Positions 20,687-30,894 of a stretch of DNA of 64,000 bases are shown piece after piece. Source of the DNA: Alphaproteobacteria bacterium (GTDB taxonomy: Bacteria; Pseudomonadota; Alphaproteobacteria; UBA8366); NCBI GenBank assembly GCA_041557595.1, contig JBFFGE010000001.1:934-64933 (forward strand), read 5' to 3'. Below the pieces are notes generated by a model. That model was not told the origin of the DNA and did not search any database. It saw nothing but the letters and a program-made list of their open reading frames with translations. Position numbers and translations under genes: made by a program. Every line of letters starts with the position of its first letter. Positions within the stretch are counted from its first letter, which is position 1.

Positions 20687-21505
20687 ATGACGTTCTGCCG
20701 GCACTTCAGCCAAAAGACCTTTTTAGCTGCGTCGATACTCGCCGCCGCCATCGCCATTGGCCCGGTGGCCGCGGCCGCCGAGGCGCCCAAGGTGAAACCC
20801 GTCGCCAACGCGACGCCGAAGCGGCTCCTCTTCGTCGGCAACAGCTATCTGTATTATGGTGACAGCCTGCACAACCACGTGCGACGGATGGCGATCGAGG
20901 CGGACAAGGAAAACAAGAAGCAATACAAATACAAATCCGCAACGATCAGCGGGTCCGCCCTTCATGACCACAACATCGACAGCTACCTGGAGCCGGGCAA
21001 GCTGCGGGTGAACGAGCCGTTCGAATGGGTCATCCTGCAGGGTGGCAGTGCCGTCGGCTGGTCGAAGAAGCGGCCCCCGATCTTCAAGAAAACCGTCGCC
21101 GAATTCGTCAATAAAATTAAAGCGGCCGGCGGCCAGGCCGCGCTCTACATGACCCAAGCCTATGTCAAGCCGCACAAGCGCGTGGACCCGAACATGACCC
21201 GCACCCTGGAAGAAATCTATGTGGAGGCGGGCAACGCGAATGGCGCGCTGGTCATCCCGGTCGGTCTCGCCTTCGAGGAAGCCTACAAGCAGCGTCCGGA
21301 TCTGAACTTCCACAAGACCTTCGACGGCTCCCATCCCAGTTTGATCGGGACTATTCTCGCCGCCAACGTGGTCTATGCGAGCCTGTATGGCCGGTCACCG
21401 GTTGGAAATCCGTACGATTACTACGGGAAAATCGACAAGGAGATGCTTACCTTCCTGCAGAAGGTTGCGAACACGACGGTTCGCAAATTCTACGGGCTCA
21501 AGTAA
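20687..21505 (+). CDS. secreted SGNH/GDSL-like hydrolase-fold protein
   Basis: Signal peptide, then LLFVGNSYLYY, VILQGGS, FDGSHPS blocks. Confidence 0.5.
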   Translation: MTFCRHFSQKTFLAASILAAAIAIGPVAAAAEAPKVKPVANATPKRLLFVGNSYLYYGDSLHNHVRRMAIEADKENKKQYKYKSATISGSALHDHNIDSYLEPGKLRVNEPFEWVILQGGSAVGWSKKRPPIFKKTVAEFVNKIKAAGGQAALYMTQAYVKPHKRVDPNMTRTLEEIYVEAGNANGALVIPVGLAFEEAYKQRPDLNFHKTFDGSHPSLIGTILAANVVYASLYGRSPVGNPYDYYGKIDKEMLTFLQKVANTTVRKFYGLK

Positions 21506-21683
21506 TCCGTGCGGCCGCCGCGGCTTCGCGCCACTGGCGGCCGCCAACCCATGGAACCGGCGATCCGGCGGTGCGTCCCGTCGCCGATAACCGTAGTCTT
21601 CCGCCGATTTGCGTGGCGATGGAAAATCGGTATAGGCTCGGGTCCTGAATCAACCTCATTTGTGAAAGCCGGAGGCTTTAAGA

Positions 21684-22682
21684 ATGAAAACAATGAAGTC
21701 GAGCATTGTGCTGCTCGCCCTGACGGCAGCCGTCGCAGCGACACCCGCGAGCGCGGCGGACTATCCCAGTAAACCGATCAACGTCCTCGTCGGCTTTTCG
21801 GCCGGTGGCGGCACCGACACCTATGCCCGCAACGTCGGCGCATCGATTTCCAAGTATCTCAACGGGCAACCCTTCGTCGTCGTGAACAAATCCGGCGGCG
21901 CGCAAATTCCCGCGATGAAGGTGCTCGCCAAGTCGAAACCGGACGGGTATTCGACGATGCTGGTTTCCATGGGCAGCGCGATTATCGCCACGGGGCTGCG
22001 CGACCGCGGCATCGACCTGTTCAAGGATTTCGAATTCGTTGCCCAGATCGGCGTCAACAACGTCATGATCGCCGCCTCGAAGAAAAGCGGCTTCAAGTCT
22101 CCGGCCGAAATCATCTCCGGCATCAAGAAGGCGAATGCAAGCGGCAAAAAGCTTCGCTGGGCCAATACCGGGCGCGGGTCGATCACGACGCTCGCCATGA
22201 TCGCCTGGCTGAACAAGCACGGCGTCTATGAAATGACCCAGGACGTTCCCTTTAAGGGCGGCTCGAAGGCCCGCGTCGCGCTGATCGGCAACAATGTGGA
22301 TTTCGGCGCCCTCGGCACCTCGAATGCGGCCGGCGGTTATAAGCAGCAGATGAACGTCATTGCGACGTTCTCCGACCGGCGCGACCCGGCACAGCCCGAT
22401 ATCCCGACCCTGGCCGATCTGAAGAGCGATTACGTCCCGATGGAAACGCCGCTGGTTCTCACCGTCCCGAAAGGCACGCCGAAAGCCGTCATTGCGAAAT
22501 TGGAAGCGGCGCTCAAGCAAACCACGGAAGACCCCGACTTCAAGGCCCGGACCGCGAAGGCCGGCCAATCGGTCGTGTACAGGAACTCCGAGGAGGTCCA
22601 AAAGTTCGCGCGTCACCTGAAGAAGGAGTGGAGCGAGACCATCGAAATCGTCGCCAAGCGCATTGCGGCGAGCAAGAAGTAA
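21684..22682 (+). CDS. tctC: tripartite tricarboxylate transporter substrate-binding protein (Bug/TctC family)
   Basis: Signal peptide followed by DYPSKPINVLVGFSAGGGTD. Confidence 0.9.
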   Translation: MKTMKSSIVLLALTAAVAATPASAADYPSKPINVLVGFSAGGGTDTYARNVGASISKYLNGQPFVVVNKSGGAQIPAMKVLAKSKPDGYSTMLVSMGSAIIATGLRDRGIDLFKDFEFVAQIGVNNVMIAASKKSGFKSPAEIISGIKKANASGKKLRWANTGRGSITTLAMIAWLNKHGVYEMTQDVPFKGGSKARVALIGNNVDFGALGTSNAAGGYKQQMNVIATFSDRRDPAQPDIPTLADLKSDYVPMETPLVLTVPKGTPKAVIAKLEAALKQTTEDPDFKARTAKAGQSVVYRNSEEVQKFARHLKKEWSETIEIVAKRIAASKK

Positions 22683-22736
22683 ACGGCCCGGCGGTGGTCA
22701 GTCCCAAGTCGCGCGCATAGGTAAGGCGAAACGGAC

Positions 22737-23264
22737 ATGAATCGATCTGCACGGAACGATGCCATCGCCGGCGCAATTGTGCTTGCCATCGTGGCGATCT
22801 TCGGTCCCTGGACGTCGGAGATATTCGTCGACCCGCGGGATCCCGGATTCGGCGCGCGTGATTTCCCGGTCGGCGTCCTGATTACAACGGCGGTCCTGGC
22901 CCTCGCGCTCTGCGCGGGGGCCGTCGTCCTGCTCGCGCGGAGCGGATGGCGCGTGTACGAACCGGGCGAGGCCGCCCCGCTTCTCCGCTACTTCCTGCCG
23001 ATGGTGGCGCTCGGCTTTCTCTATGTTTGGCTGTTGGAGCAGTTCCAATATCTGCTGCCGACATTCTTCGCATTGACGGCTTCGCTCGCGATATTCGGGA
23101 ACCGGGGGGCGGTCCGGCTGATTGCCATCCCGGCCGGCGTGACCATCCTCTTCTACGTTCTGTTCTACGGCGTCTTCGGCCTCAACGAGGCGCCCGGAGA
23201 AATCCTGAGTTACGAAAACAATTGGTACTTTCGGCCGTTCCGGACGTTCCTAGGACTTTCTTGA
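22737..23264 (+). CDS. tctB: tripartite tricarboxylate transporter small membrane subunit (TctB family)
   Basis: 175 aa with four hydrophobic segments, positioned between tctC and tctA. Confidence 0.75.
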   Translation: MNRSARNDAIAGAIVLAIVAIFGPWTSEIFVDPRDPGFGARDFPVGVLITTAVLALALCAGAVVLLARSGWRVYEPGEAAPLLRYFLPMVALGFLYVWLLEQFQYLLPTFFALTASLAIFGNRGAVRLIAIPAGVTILFYVLFYGVFGLNEAPGEILSYENNWYFRPFRTFLGLS

Positions 23265-23335
23265 ACCAACCGTAAATCCATCCCGGACCGCATGATCGGG
23301 ACGGATAGCATGACTGCAACACGGGAAGAGGCGAC

Positions 23336-24859
23336 ATGGGAATCGTAAGCGGCTTTGCGACGCTTTTTTCCGGGTGGGAACCGGTATTCTTCGCCATTCT
23401 GGGCACCGCCATCGGGCTGTTCGCCGGGGCGACGCCCGGCCTGTCGGCATCCGCGGCAATCGCTCTGCTGATCCCCGTCACCTTTTACATGGAGACACTG
23501 TCGGCGCTGGTCTTCATCTACACTATCAGCAAATCGGCGAGCTTCGGCGGCTCCATTCCGGCAATTCTGTTCAATACGCCCGGTACGCCACAGGCCTCCG
23601 CGACGCAACTCGAAGGCTTTCCGCTGACGCAACAGGGAAAGCAGGGTAAGGCGCTGCGCATGGCGGTGATCGCATCCGCCGCGGGCGACACATTTTCCGA
23701 ACTCCTGCTGATTTTCGCCGCCGCCTATATCGCGATTTATGCGGCCCAGATGGGCCCTGCGGAATACACCGCCGTCTATTTCTGCGCCTTTCTCATTCTC
23801 GGCAGCGTGATCGGGGACTCGATCATCAAGGGGCTACTCAGCACGCTGCTCGGCATCCTGCTGGCGCTGGTCGGCTTCGATCCGATCACGTCGGAAGAGC
23901 GATATACCTTCAATATCGACTATCTGCTCGAAGGCGTGGCGCTGGTGCCGCTTCTGTTGGGCGTCTTCGTGCTGTCCGAAGTCTTCGTCCGGGTCGCCGA
24001 CCGAGGCTCGCTGATCGGCGATCAGGCGATCGCACCGAAATCCGCCAAGCCCGAGGATAACCGGGTCTCGTGGCAGGAATTCAAGGATTGCGCGCCGGTG
24101 ATGGCACGCTCGACCGGCTACGGCACGGTCATCGGCATGCTGCCCGGTATCGGTGCGGCGGTCGCCTGCTTCGTCGCCTATGCCGAGGCGCGCCGCACTT
24201 CGAAACATCCGGAGAAATTTGGCCACGGGGCGCTGGAAGGCGTCGCGGCGGCGGAATCGGCGAACAATGCCACCTCCGGCGCGAACCTGATTCCGCTGCT
24301 CACACTCGGCATTCCCGGCAGCACCGCCGCCGCCCTACTCGCCGGCGTCATGTTGATCCATGGCATCACGATCGGGCCGTCGGTTTTCGTCACCTCGCAC
24401 GACATGATCTATGGCCTCTTCGCCTCCGGCCTGTTTTGCATCGCCACCTATTTCGTCGTCGGCTATTTCGGCAGCGGCGTCATCGGACGGATCATCGCCC
24501 TGGTCCCGGCCCAAATGATCTATCCCTTCATCTTCGTCATTTGCTACGTCGCCGGTTACGCCTTGCGCCAGGCCCTGTTCGATCTCGCCCTGATGACGCT
24601 GTTCGGCGTCGTCGGCTACCTGATGAAACGCTTCGCCTTCTCGGTGCCCGCCTTCGTCATCGCCTTTATCCTGGGCAGCGGTGCGGAAACATCGTTGCGC
24701 CAAGCAATGATGCTGGACGACAGCGGACTTTTCGTCTTTTTCCAGCGGCCGATCGCGCTGATGTTTTTCGGTTTCGGCCTGTTGGTCATCGTGTTGCGTA
24801 TTCGCCAGCTCCGCCGGCAAAAGGGCGAGCGGCAGCTCGCCGCGTCCCTGAGCGAATAG
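23336..24859 (+). CDS. tctA: tripartite tricarboxylate transporter large permease (TctA family)
   Basis: 507-aa polytopic protein with GLFAGATPGLSASAAIALL and NTPGTPQASAT. Confidence 0.9.
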   Translation: MGIVSGFATLFSGWEPVFFAILGTAIGLFAGATPGLSASAAIALLIPVTFYMETLSALVFIYTISKSASFGGSIPAILFNTPGTPQASATQLEGFPLTQQGKQGKALRMAVIASAAGDTFSELLLIFAAAYIAIYAAQMGPAEYTAVYFCAFLILGSVIGDSIIKGLLSTLLGILLALVGFDPITSEERYTFNIDYLLEGVALVPLLLGVFVLSEVFVRVADRGSLIGDQAIAPKSAKPEDNRVSWQEFKDCAPVMARSTGYGTVIGMLPGIGAAVACFVAYAEARRTSKHPEKFGHGALEGVAAAESANNATSGANLIPLLTLGIPGSTAAALLAGVMLIHGITIGPSVFVTSHDMIYGLFASGLFCIATYFVVGYFGSGVIGRIIALVPAQMIYPFIFVICYVAGYALRQALFDLALMTLFGVVGYLMKRFAFSVPAFVIAFILGSGAETSLRQAMMLDDSGLFVFFQRPIALMFFGFGLLVIVLRIRQLRRQKGERQLAASLSE

Positions 24860-24944
24860 AGGTAAGACGGCCGGCATTTTTTAGCGCCGGATTTTTGCGC
24901 AACCGACAAGCGTGGTAAAATTCAAACAACCTTCTGGATAGAGA

Positions 24945-25820
24945 ATGGACGAGACGATGGAAGTCATTCCGACGGGCAGCGCCTTGGGCGCGGAAATCAG
25001 GGGCATCGATTTATCGCAGAACGTTTCAGACGTGGATCGCGAGTTCATCTTCAATGCCTATATCGAAAACCAAGTCCTCTTGTTTCGGGGTCAGTCGCTC
25101 AGCTTCGACGACCTGCTCCGGCTTCGTGAAGTGTTCGGCCCCGCCGGCCAGACCGCGAATCAGTTATTGGGACTTGGCCGGAAAGAGTACTACCCGGACG
25201 AGGTGCCGGACGACATCACCATCATTTCCAACATTATCGATGAAGACGGCACGCCACGCGGCAGCCTCGGCGACGGCGAAGCCTTCTGGCATACCGACAG
25301 TTCCTTCACCGAAGTGCCGATCTCGGCAAGCCTGCTGCATGCGATCGAGGTGACCGACCAGGGCGGCGAAACCGCCTTCCTCAATATGTACCGGGCCTAT
25401 GACGAAATGCCGGAGGACCTGGCCGCCGAAATCGAGGGGCGGTACGCCAACCATTCGAAGGTATTTCTCTCGAACGGCATGAAGCGTCCGGAATTCGAGG
25501 ATGCGACCGACCCGTCGAAATCTCCCGGCGTACGCCACCCGATGGTGCGGACCCATCCCGCGTCCGGCAAGAAATGCCTCTACCTCGGCCGCCGCCTTAA
25601 TTCGTACATTTTCGATCTCCCGGTCGAGGAAAGCGAAGAGTTGCTCGACCGGATTTGGGCGCATACCTGCCGCGACAAGTATGTCTGGGAGCACAAATGG
25701 GCGGTCGGCGACCTTCTGGTCTGGGACAATCGCTGCACAATGCATCACCGCAACGCTTTCCCGCCGGACGCCCGGCGGCTAATGCACAAGTCGATCACTG
25801 CGGGCGAGCCAGTCGTCTAG
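24945..25820 (+). CDS. TauD/TfdA-family Fe(II)/2-oxoglutarate dioxygenase (paralogue 1)
   Basis: GAEIRGIDLS, WHTDSSF (HxD), NRCTMHHRN. Confidence 0.85.
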   Translation: MDETMEVIPTGSALGAEIRGIDLSQNVSDVDREFIFNAYIENQVLLFRGQSLSFDDLLRLREVFGPAGQTANQLLGLGRKEYYPDEVPDDITIISNIIDEDGTPRGSLGDGEAFWHTDSSFTEVPISASLLHAIEVTDQGGETAFLNMYRAYDEMPEDLAAEIEGRYANHSKVFLSNGMKRPEFEDATDPSKSPGVRHPMVRTHPASGKKCLYLGRRLNSYIFDLPVEESEELLDRIWAHTCRDKYVWEHKWAVGDLLVWDNRCTMHHRNAFPPDARRLMHKSITAGEPVV

Positions 25821-25930
25821 GGTTTGGACTCAATTGGACGCAACGCATTGATCTGATTCAATTTTGCCTTAGGGCATCGAAATAAAAACTGTTATAATTT
25901 CAACGTGTTACTGCTAATTGAGTACAGACC

Positions 25931-26037
25931 CTAGAGCAGCGTGCGCCCATTTGGGCGCACACAAGCTGCTCTATCTTTATAGAATCGATCAACTTTTCTG
26001 CCTTTAATTGATTCCAATTACAGGCAGGTTGATCTAG
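25931..26037 (+). repeat. intergenic repeat family 2, copy 1 (full length)
   Basis: CTAGAGCAGC-GTGCGCCCA-ttt-GGGCGCAC-acaa-GCTGCTCTA hairpin, plus a second hairpin GATCAAC..CTGCC-N-GGCAG-GTTGATC. Bounded by CTAG. Confidence 0.85.
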
Positions 26038-26086
26038 CGCACCGAGCCACGCGGCGTTGCAAAACCGGTAGAGCGGGAGAGGTCCG

Positions 26087-27142
26087 ATGAAAGCGATGGT
26101 TTTGCGGGCGGCCGGGGAACCCTTTGTTCTGGAGGAACGTCCCGACCCGACGCCCGGCCCGGGCGAGGCGGTGGCCCGTGTGCTAGCCTGCGGCTCCGGC
26201 CTGACCATTCAACATGTTCGTGCCGGGCGCACCGGGGCGAACTTTCCGATCATCATCGGTCACGAGATTACAGGCGAAATCGTCGCCGTCGGGCCCCGGA
26301 CCGAGGCCATGCCGGTCATCGAGCCGCTCGAGGAAGGCGACCCGGTCACCTGCTGGTTCTATCTGATCGAAGGCGAGGACCGCTGGACCCGGTCGGACCG
26401 GCCCACGATTTCTACGAAAATCGTCGGCCATGTGGGGCGGCAGATCGACGGCGGCTATGCGGAATACATCAAACTGCCGGTGCAGAATTTCATCAAACTG
26501 CCCGAAGCGCTGGACTGGCAAAACCATCCCGCCGAGGCGGGCGTCATCTGCGACGCCATCGCCACCCCCTACAAGGTGCTGCGGCGCGGACGCATCGGAC
26601 CGCGCGACACTGTGGCGGTCTTCGGCGCCGGCGGCGGCGTCGGGCTCCATCAGGTCATGATGTGCAAATGGGCGCACGCACGGGTCATCGCGGTCGAGGT
26701 GGCGGAACACAAATTCGCCGCCTGCCGCGACGCCGGCGCCGACGCGGTGGTCGATGCCGGCTCCGAAAACGCGGTCGAGGCGATCCATGAGTTGACCCGG
26801 GGCGCGGGCGTGGATGTGGCGATCGACTATGTCTCGTCGACCCGGACGCTGGAACAGGGCGTGGCGGCGCTCGGGATCGGCGGAAGGCTGGTCACGCTCG
26901 GCGGCTCCGCCGGCAAACCGTTTACCGTCAGCGCCCAGATCATGCTCCGGAAGGAACTCGAACTGCTCGGCAGCCGGTATTGTACGCGCCAGGAAGTCAT
27001 CGATTCTCTGGAGCTGGTGGCGCGTGGCGAGGTGCGCCCGATCGTCACCGAAACCTATCCGCTGGAAGAAGCGGAGCATGTCCATCAACGCCTTGAACAA
27101 GGCCAGGTAACCGGCCGCGCCGCCCTGCTGATCGGCGCATAG
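26087..27142 (+). CDS. zinc-binding alcohol dehydrogenase (MDR) family protein
   Basis: 351 aa with GHEITGEIV and VFGAGGGVG. Confidence 0.85.
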   Translation: MKAMVLRAAGEPFVLEERPDPTPGPGEAVARVLACGSGLTIQHVRAGRTGANFPIIIGHEITGEIVAVGPRTEAMPVIEPLEEGDPVTCWFYLIEGEDRWTRSDRPTISTKIVGHVGRQIDGGYAEYIKLPVQNFIKLPEALDWQNHPAEAGVICDAIATPYKVLRRGRIGPRDTVAVFGAGGGVGLHQVMMCKWAHARVIAVEVAEHKFAACRDAGADAVVDAGSENAVEAIHELTRGAGVDVAIDYVSSTRTLEQGVAALGIGGRLVTLGGSAGKPFTVSAQIMLRKELELLGSRYCTRQEVIDSLELVARGEVRPIVTETYPLEEAEHVHQRLEQGQVTGRAALLIGA

Positions 27143-27247
27143 GGACGGCGGGACCACAGCGCCTTCGGCCTCGGAAGCGCGAACCTGTACACAACGGAAT
27201 GACCGGGCTCACGTGTTCGGTCGGAAGCCCCATACCGGAGAAAAAGC

Positions 27248-28045
27248 ATGACGCTGCCCGACTATGAAGTGTTTGCAATCAAATATGGCGAGCGCGTCGG
27301 GACACGCGGAAAGATCTTCGTCCACGGCGATCCCCACAACGCGCCGCTGCCGATGGATTATTTCGTCTGGGTCATCCGCAACGCCGACCGGACGGTGGTG
27401 CTCGATATCGGCTTCAACCGGGCCGAGGGCGAACGGCGCGGCCGGATTTTTCATCGCTGCCCGACCGACGGCATGAAACTGATCGGTGTCGATGCCGATA
27501 CTGTCGAGGACGTCATTATTTCTCATATGCATTACGACCATGTCGGAAATCTCGGTCTGTTTCCCAAAGCGACCTTTCATATCCAGGACGACGAGATGTC
27601 CTTTGTCACCGGCCGTGCGATGACGCACAAGCCGCTGCGCCATTCCTTCGTGCTCGATGAGGTCCAGCAGATGGTCGCGGCGGTGTATGGCGACAGGGTC
27701 GTTTTTCACGACGGCGACGACGACGTTTTCCCGGGCATATCGGTTCACCACATGCCGGGCCATACCCGCGGCCTGCAATCGGTCCGGGTGCACACCAAAC
27801 GCGGTTGGGTCGTGCTGGCGTCCGACGCCGCCCATTACTACGAGAGCATCACGGACGGCACGCCGTTCCTGACCCATGAAAACATGTTCCTGATGCTCGA
27901 AGGCTTTCGTCGGTTGCGCAAGCTCGCGCCGAGCGACGATCACATCGTGCCGGGTCACGATCCCGATGTCTTTAATCGCTACGCCGCACCGTCGCCGGAG
28001 CTGGACGGCATCGTCGTGCGGCTCGACGAAGCGCCGAAACGCTGA
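27248..28045 (+). CDS. MBL-fold hydrolase, N-acyl-homoserine-lactonase-like family
   Basis: HMHYDHVGN motif. Collinear by eye with 9107..9916. Confidence 0.8.
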   Translation: MTLPDYEVFAIKYGERVGTRGKIFVHGDPHNAPLPMDYFVWVIRNADRTVVLDIGFNRAEGERRGRIFHRCPTDGMKLIGVDADTVEDVIISHMHYDHVGNLGLFPKATFHIQDDEMSFVTGRAMTHKPLRHSFVLDEVQQMVAAVYGDRVVFHDGDDDVFPGISVHHMPGHTRGLQSVRVHTKRGWVVLASDAAHYYESITDGTPFLTHENMFLMLEGFRRLRKLAPSDDHIVPGHDPDVFNRYAAPSPELDGIVVRLDEAPKR

Positions 28046-28125
28046 CGAATGCCGCCGCGGCCCATTGACCTTCCCGGCCCCGCCGCCAAGATTAGGGGGT
28101 CGACCACCAAAGGAATTCAGGCCGC

Positions 28126-30768
28126 ATGACTCCGTCCACGCCGAAAGCAATCCTCCGGGAAGACTACCGTCCCCCCGCCTATACCATCGATTCCGTCACG
28201 CTGGCGGTCGACCTCGGTGAAACGGCGACGCGAGTCCGGAGCCGGCTCTCCGTGCGGCGGGTGGAGGGCGATGCCGACACACCCTTGATTCTCGACGGCG
28301 AAGGGCTCGAACTGGAGTCGATCGTGCTGGACGGAAAGCCGCTCGCGGACGACGCCTACACGCTGTCGGAAACAATCCTGACCGTGCATGCGCCGCCGGA
28401 GCATTTCACGCTGGAGACCGAGGCGGTGATCCATCCGGAATCCAACACCGCGCTGGAAGGGCTCTACAAATCGAGCGGCAATTTCTGCACGCAATGCGAG
28501 GCCGAAGGATTCCGTCGGATCACCTGGCATCTCGACCGGCCGGACGTCATGGCGGTCTTCGACACGCGTATTACCGCCGACAAGGCGCTCTATCCGGTAC
28601 TGCTGTCCAACGGCAACAAAACCGGCAGCGGCGACCTGGGCGACGGGCGGCATTTCGCCGAATGGCACGACCCCTTTCCGAAACCGAGCTATCTGTTCGC
28701 CCTGGTCGCGGGCGACCTTGGCTGCGCCCGGGACAGCTTCACCACCGCATCGGGCCGCGACGTCGCCCTGCACATTTACGTCGAGCCCGGCAAGGAAGAC
28801 CGCTGCGGCCATGCCATGGCATCATTGAAGAAGGCCATGCGCTGGGACGAGGAAGTCTTCGGGCTGGAATACGATCTCGATATTTACATGATCGTCGCGG
28901 TCAGCGACTTCAACATGGGAGCGATGGAGAACAAGGGGCTCAATGTCTTCAACGACAAATACATTCTGGCCGAACCGGAAACCGCGACCGACACCGACTA
29001 CGCCAATATCGAGGCGATCATCGCCCATGAATACTTCCACAACTGGACCGGCAACCGGGTGACCTGTCGCGACTGGTTCCAGCTCAGTCTCAAGGAAGGA
29101 CTGACCGTGTTTCGCGATCAGCGATTCTCGGCCGACATGCGCTCGGCCGCGGTCGAACGGATCCATCAGGTGCGGTCGCTGCGGGCGCGGCAGTTTCCGG
29201 AAGACGCGGGTCCGCTCGCCCACCCGGTTCGCCCGGATTCCTATATTGAAATCAATAATTTCTATACGGCCACCGTTTATGAAAAGGGTGCCGAGGTCAT
29301 CCGTATGATGCATACGCTGCTCGGCGAGGAGAGCTTCCGGCGCGGCATCGATCTGTATTTCGAACGCCATGACGGTCAGGCCGTCACCTGCGAGGATTTC
29401 GTCACGGCGATGGAAGATGCCTCGGGCGCGGATCTCCGCCAGTTCCGCCTGTGGTACAGCCAGGCCGGCACGCCCGACGTTACGGTCAAGGGCACCTATG
29501 ACACGGCGGCCAAGACCTTCGACATAACCGTGACGCAACGCAGCGCGCCGACACCGGGTCAGCCGGTCAAGAAGCCGTTGCATGTCCCCATTGCGGTCGG
29601 CCTGCTCGACGAAACCGGCGCGGCCCTGCCGCTTCGGCTCGAAGGCGATGGCGGAGACGCCACGGAAACCTCAGCGCTGCTCAGCTTGACCAAGACAAAA
29701 CAGGTCTTTCGGTTTCTCGACGTGCCGGCCGAGCCGGTCCCTTCGGTGCTGCGGGGATTTTCGGCACCGGTCCGCCTGTCGCTCGACCTGACCGACGAAG
29801 CCCGGCGGCGCCTGATCGGCGCGGATCCGGATCAGTTCAACCGCTGGGAAGCGGCGCAGCAATATGCCACCGCCCTGCTGCTGAAGATGGTCGCCGCGCA
29901 CCAGGCCGGAGACGCGCTTCCGACCGACGATGCCTTTGTCCATGCCCTCGGCGATACGCTGCGCGACACCGCACTCGACAATGCCGTTAAGGCGGAGATC
30001 CTGAGCCTGCCCGGAGAGTCCTATCTGGCGCAACAAATGACCGTCGTGGACGTCGACGGCATCCACGCCGCCCGCGAGGCCTTGCGCCGCGCCATAGCGA
30101 CCACACTCGCGGACGATCTGCTCGCCGCCTATCACGGCAACGCCAGCAACCGATCCTACAGCCCCGATGCGGCGGATGCCGGGCAGCGTCGCCTGCGCAA
30201 CACCGCGCTGGCCTATCTCTGCGCGCTGGACGATCCGGCGATGCTGGCGCTGTGTACCGACCAGGCGGAAACGGCCGACAACATGACCGACCGGATGGGC
30301 GCACTGGATATTCTCAAGGATATCGACGGCCCGGCCGGCCAGTCGGCGCTCGACGATTTCTATGCACGCTGGAAGAACGATTCGCTGGTCGTCGACAAAT
30401 GGCTGTCGCTGCAGGCGATGTCCAGCCGGCCGGACACGCTGCAAACCGTCACCGCGCTGCTCGACCATGACGCCTTTTCGATGAAAACGCCCAACAAGGT
30501 TCGGGCGCTGATCGGCGCCTTTTGCAGCGGCAACCAGCTTCTCTTCAACGCGGCGGATGGCGGGGGATACCGATTCCTGACCGACCGGGTGCTCGCCCTC
30601 GACCCGATCAATCCGCAGGTCGCGGCGCGGCTGGTCGGCGCCTTCGGCCAATGGCGGCGCTTCGACGAGGACCGGCACCGGCTCATGCGGGAATCCCTCA
30701 AGCGCATCGTCAATACGCAGGGATTATCGCCGGACGTCTACGAAATCGCCTCCAAGACTTTGGCCTGA
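28126..30768 (+). CDS. pepN: aminopeptidase N
   Basis: 880 aa with GAMENKG and the HEYFHNWTGNRVT zinc motif plus LKEG. Confidence 0.95.
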   Translation: MTPSTPKAILREDYRPPAYTIDSVTLAVDLGETATRVRSRLSVRRVEGDADTPLILDGEGLELESIVLDGKPLADDAYTLSETILTVHAPPEHFTLETEAVIHPESNTALEGLYKSSGNFCTQCEAEGFRRITWHLDRPDVMAVFDTRITADKALYPVLLSNGNKTGSGDLGDGRHFAEWHDPFPKPSYLFALVAGDLGCARDSFTTASGRDVALHIYVEPGKEDRCGHAMASLKKAMRWDEEVFGLEYDLDIYMIVAVSDFNMGAMENKGLNVFNDKYILAEPETATDTDYANIEAIIAHEYFHNWTGNRVTCRDWFQLSLKEGLTVFRDQRFSADMRSAAVERIHQVRSLRARQFPEDAGPLAHPVRPDSYIEINNFYTATVYEKGAEVIRMMHTLLGEESFRRGIDLYFERHDGQAVTCEDFVTAMEDASGADLRQFRLWYSQAGTPDVTVKGTYDTAAKTFDITVTQRSAPTPGQPVKKPLHVPIAVGLLDETGAALPLRLEGDGGDATETSALLSLTKTKQVFRFLDVPAEPVPSVLRGFSAPVRLSLDLTDEARRRLIGADPDQFNRWEAAQQYATALLLKMVAAHQAGDALPTDDAFVHALGDTLRDTALDNAVKAEILSLPGESYLAQQMTVVDVDGIHAAREALRRAIATTLADDLLAAYHGNASNRSYSPDAADAGQRRLRNTALAYLCALDDPAMLALCTDQAETADNMTDRMGALDILKDIDGPAGQSALDDFYARWKNDSLVVDKWLSLQAMSSRPDTLQTVTALLDHDAFSMKTPNKVRALIGAFCSGNQLLFNAADGGGYRFLTDRVLALDPINPQVAARLVGAFGQWRRFDEDRHRLMRESLKRIVNTQGLSPDVYEIASKTLA

Positions 30769-30894
30769 CGGTCCGCCAAAGCCCACGCTTCGCTCACAGG
30801 AAGTTTAAGCGCATGTGTTTGCGGTATTGGTGTACACCTCCACGCGGCACCCTACATACCGAAGCACCTGCACCTGTGAGCAAAGGCGTCTGAC

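Noticed and set aside
24869-24896. Possible terminator after tctA (CCGGC-N10-GCCGG followed by ATTTTT)
   Set aside because: The stem is only 5 bp with a 10-nt loop, which is too weak to annotate with confidence.
25931-26037. Whether the repeat families represent a CRISPR array
   Set aside because: The copies are dispersed over tens of kb as single units. There is no regular repeat-spacer periodicity and no cas genes.
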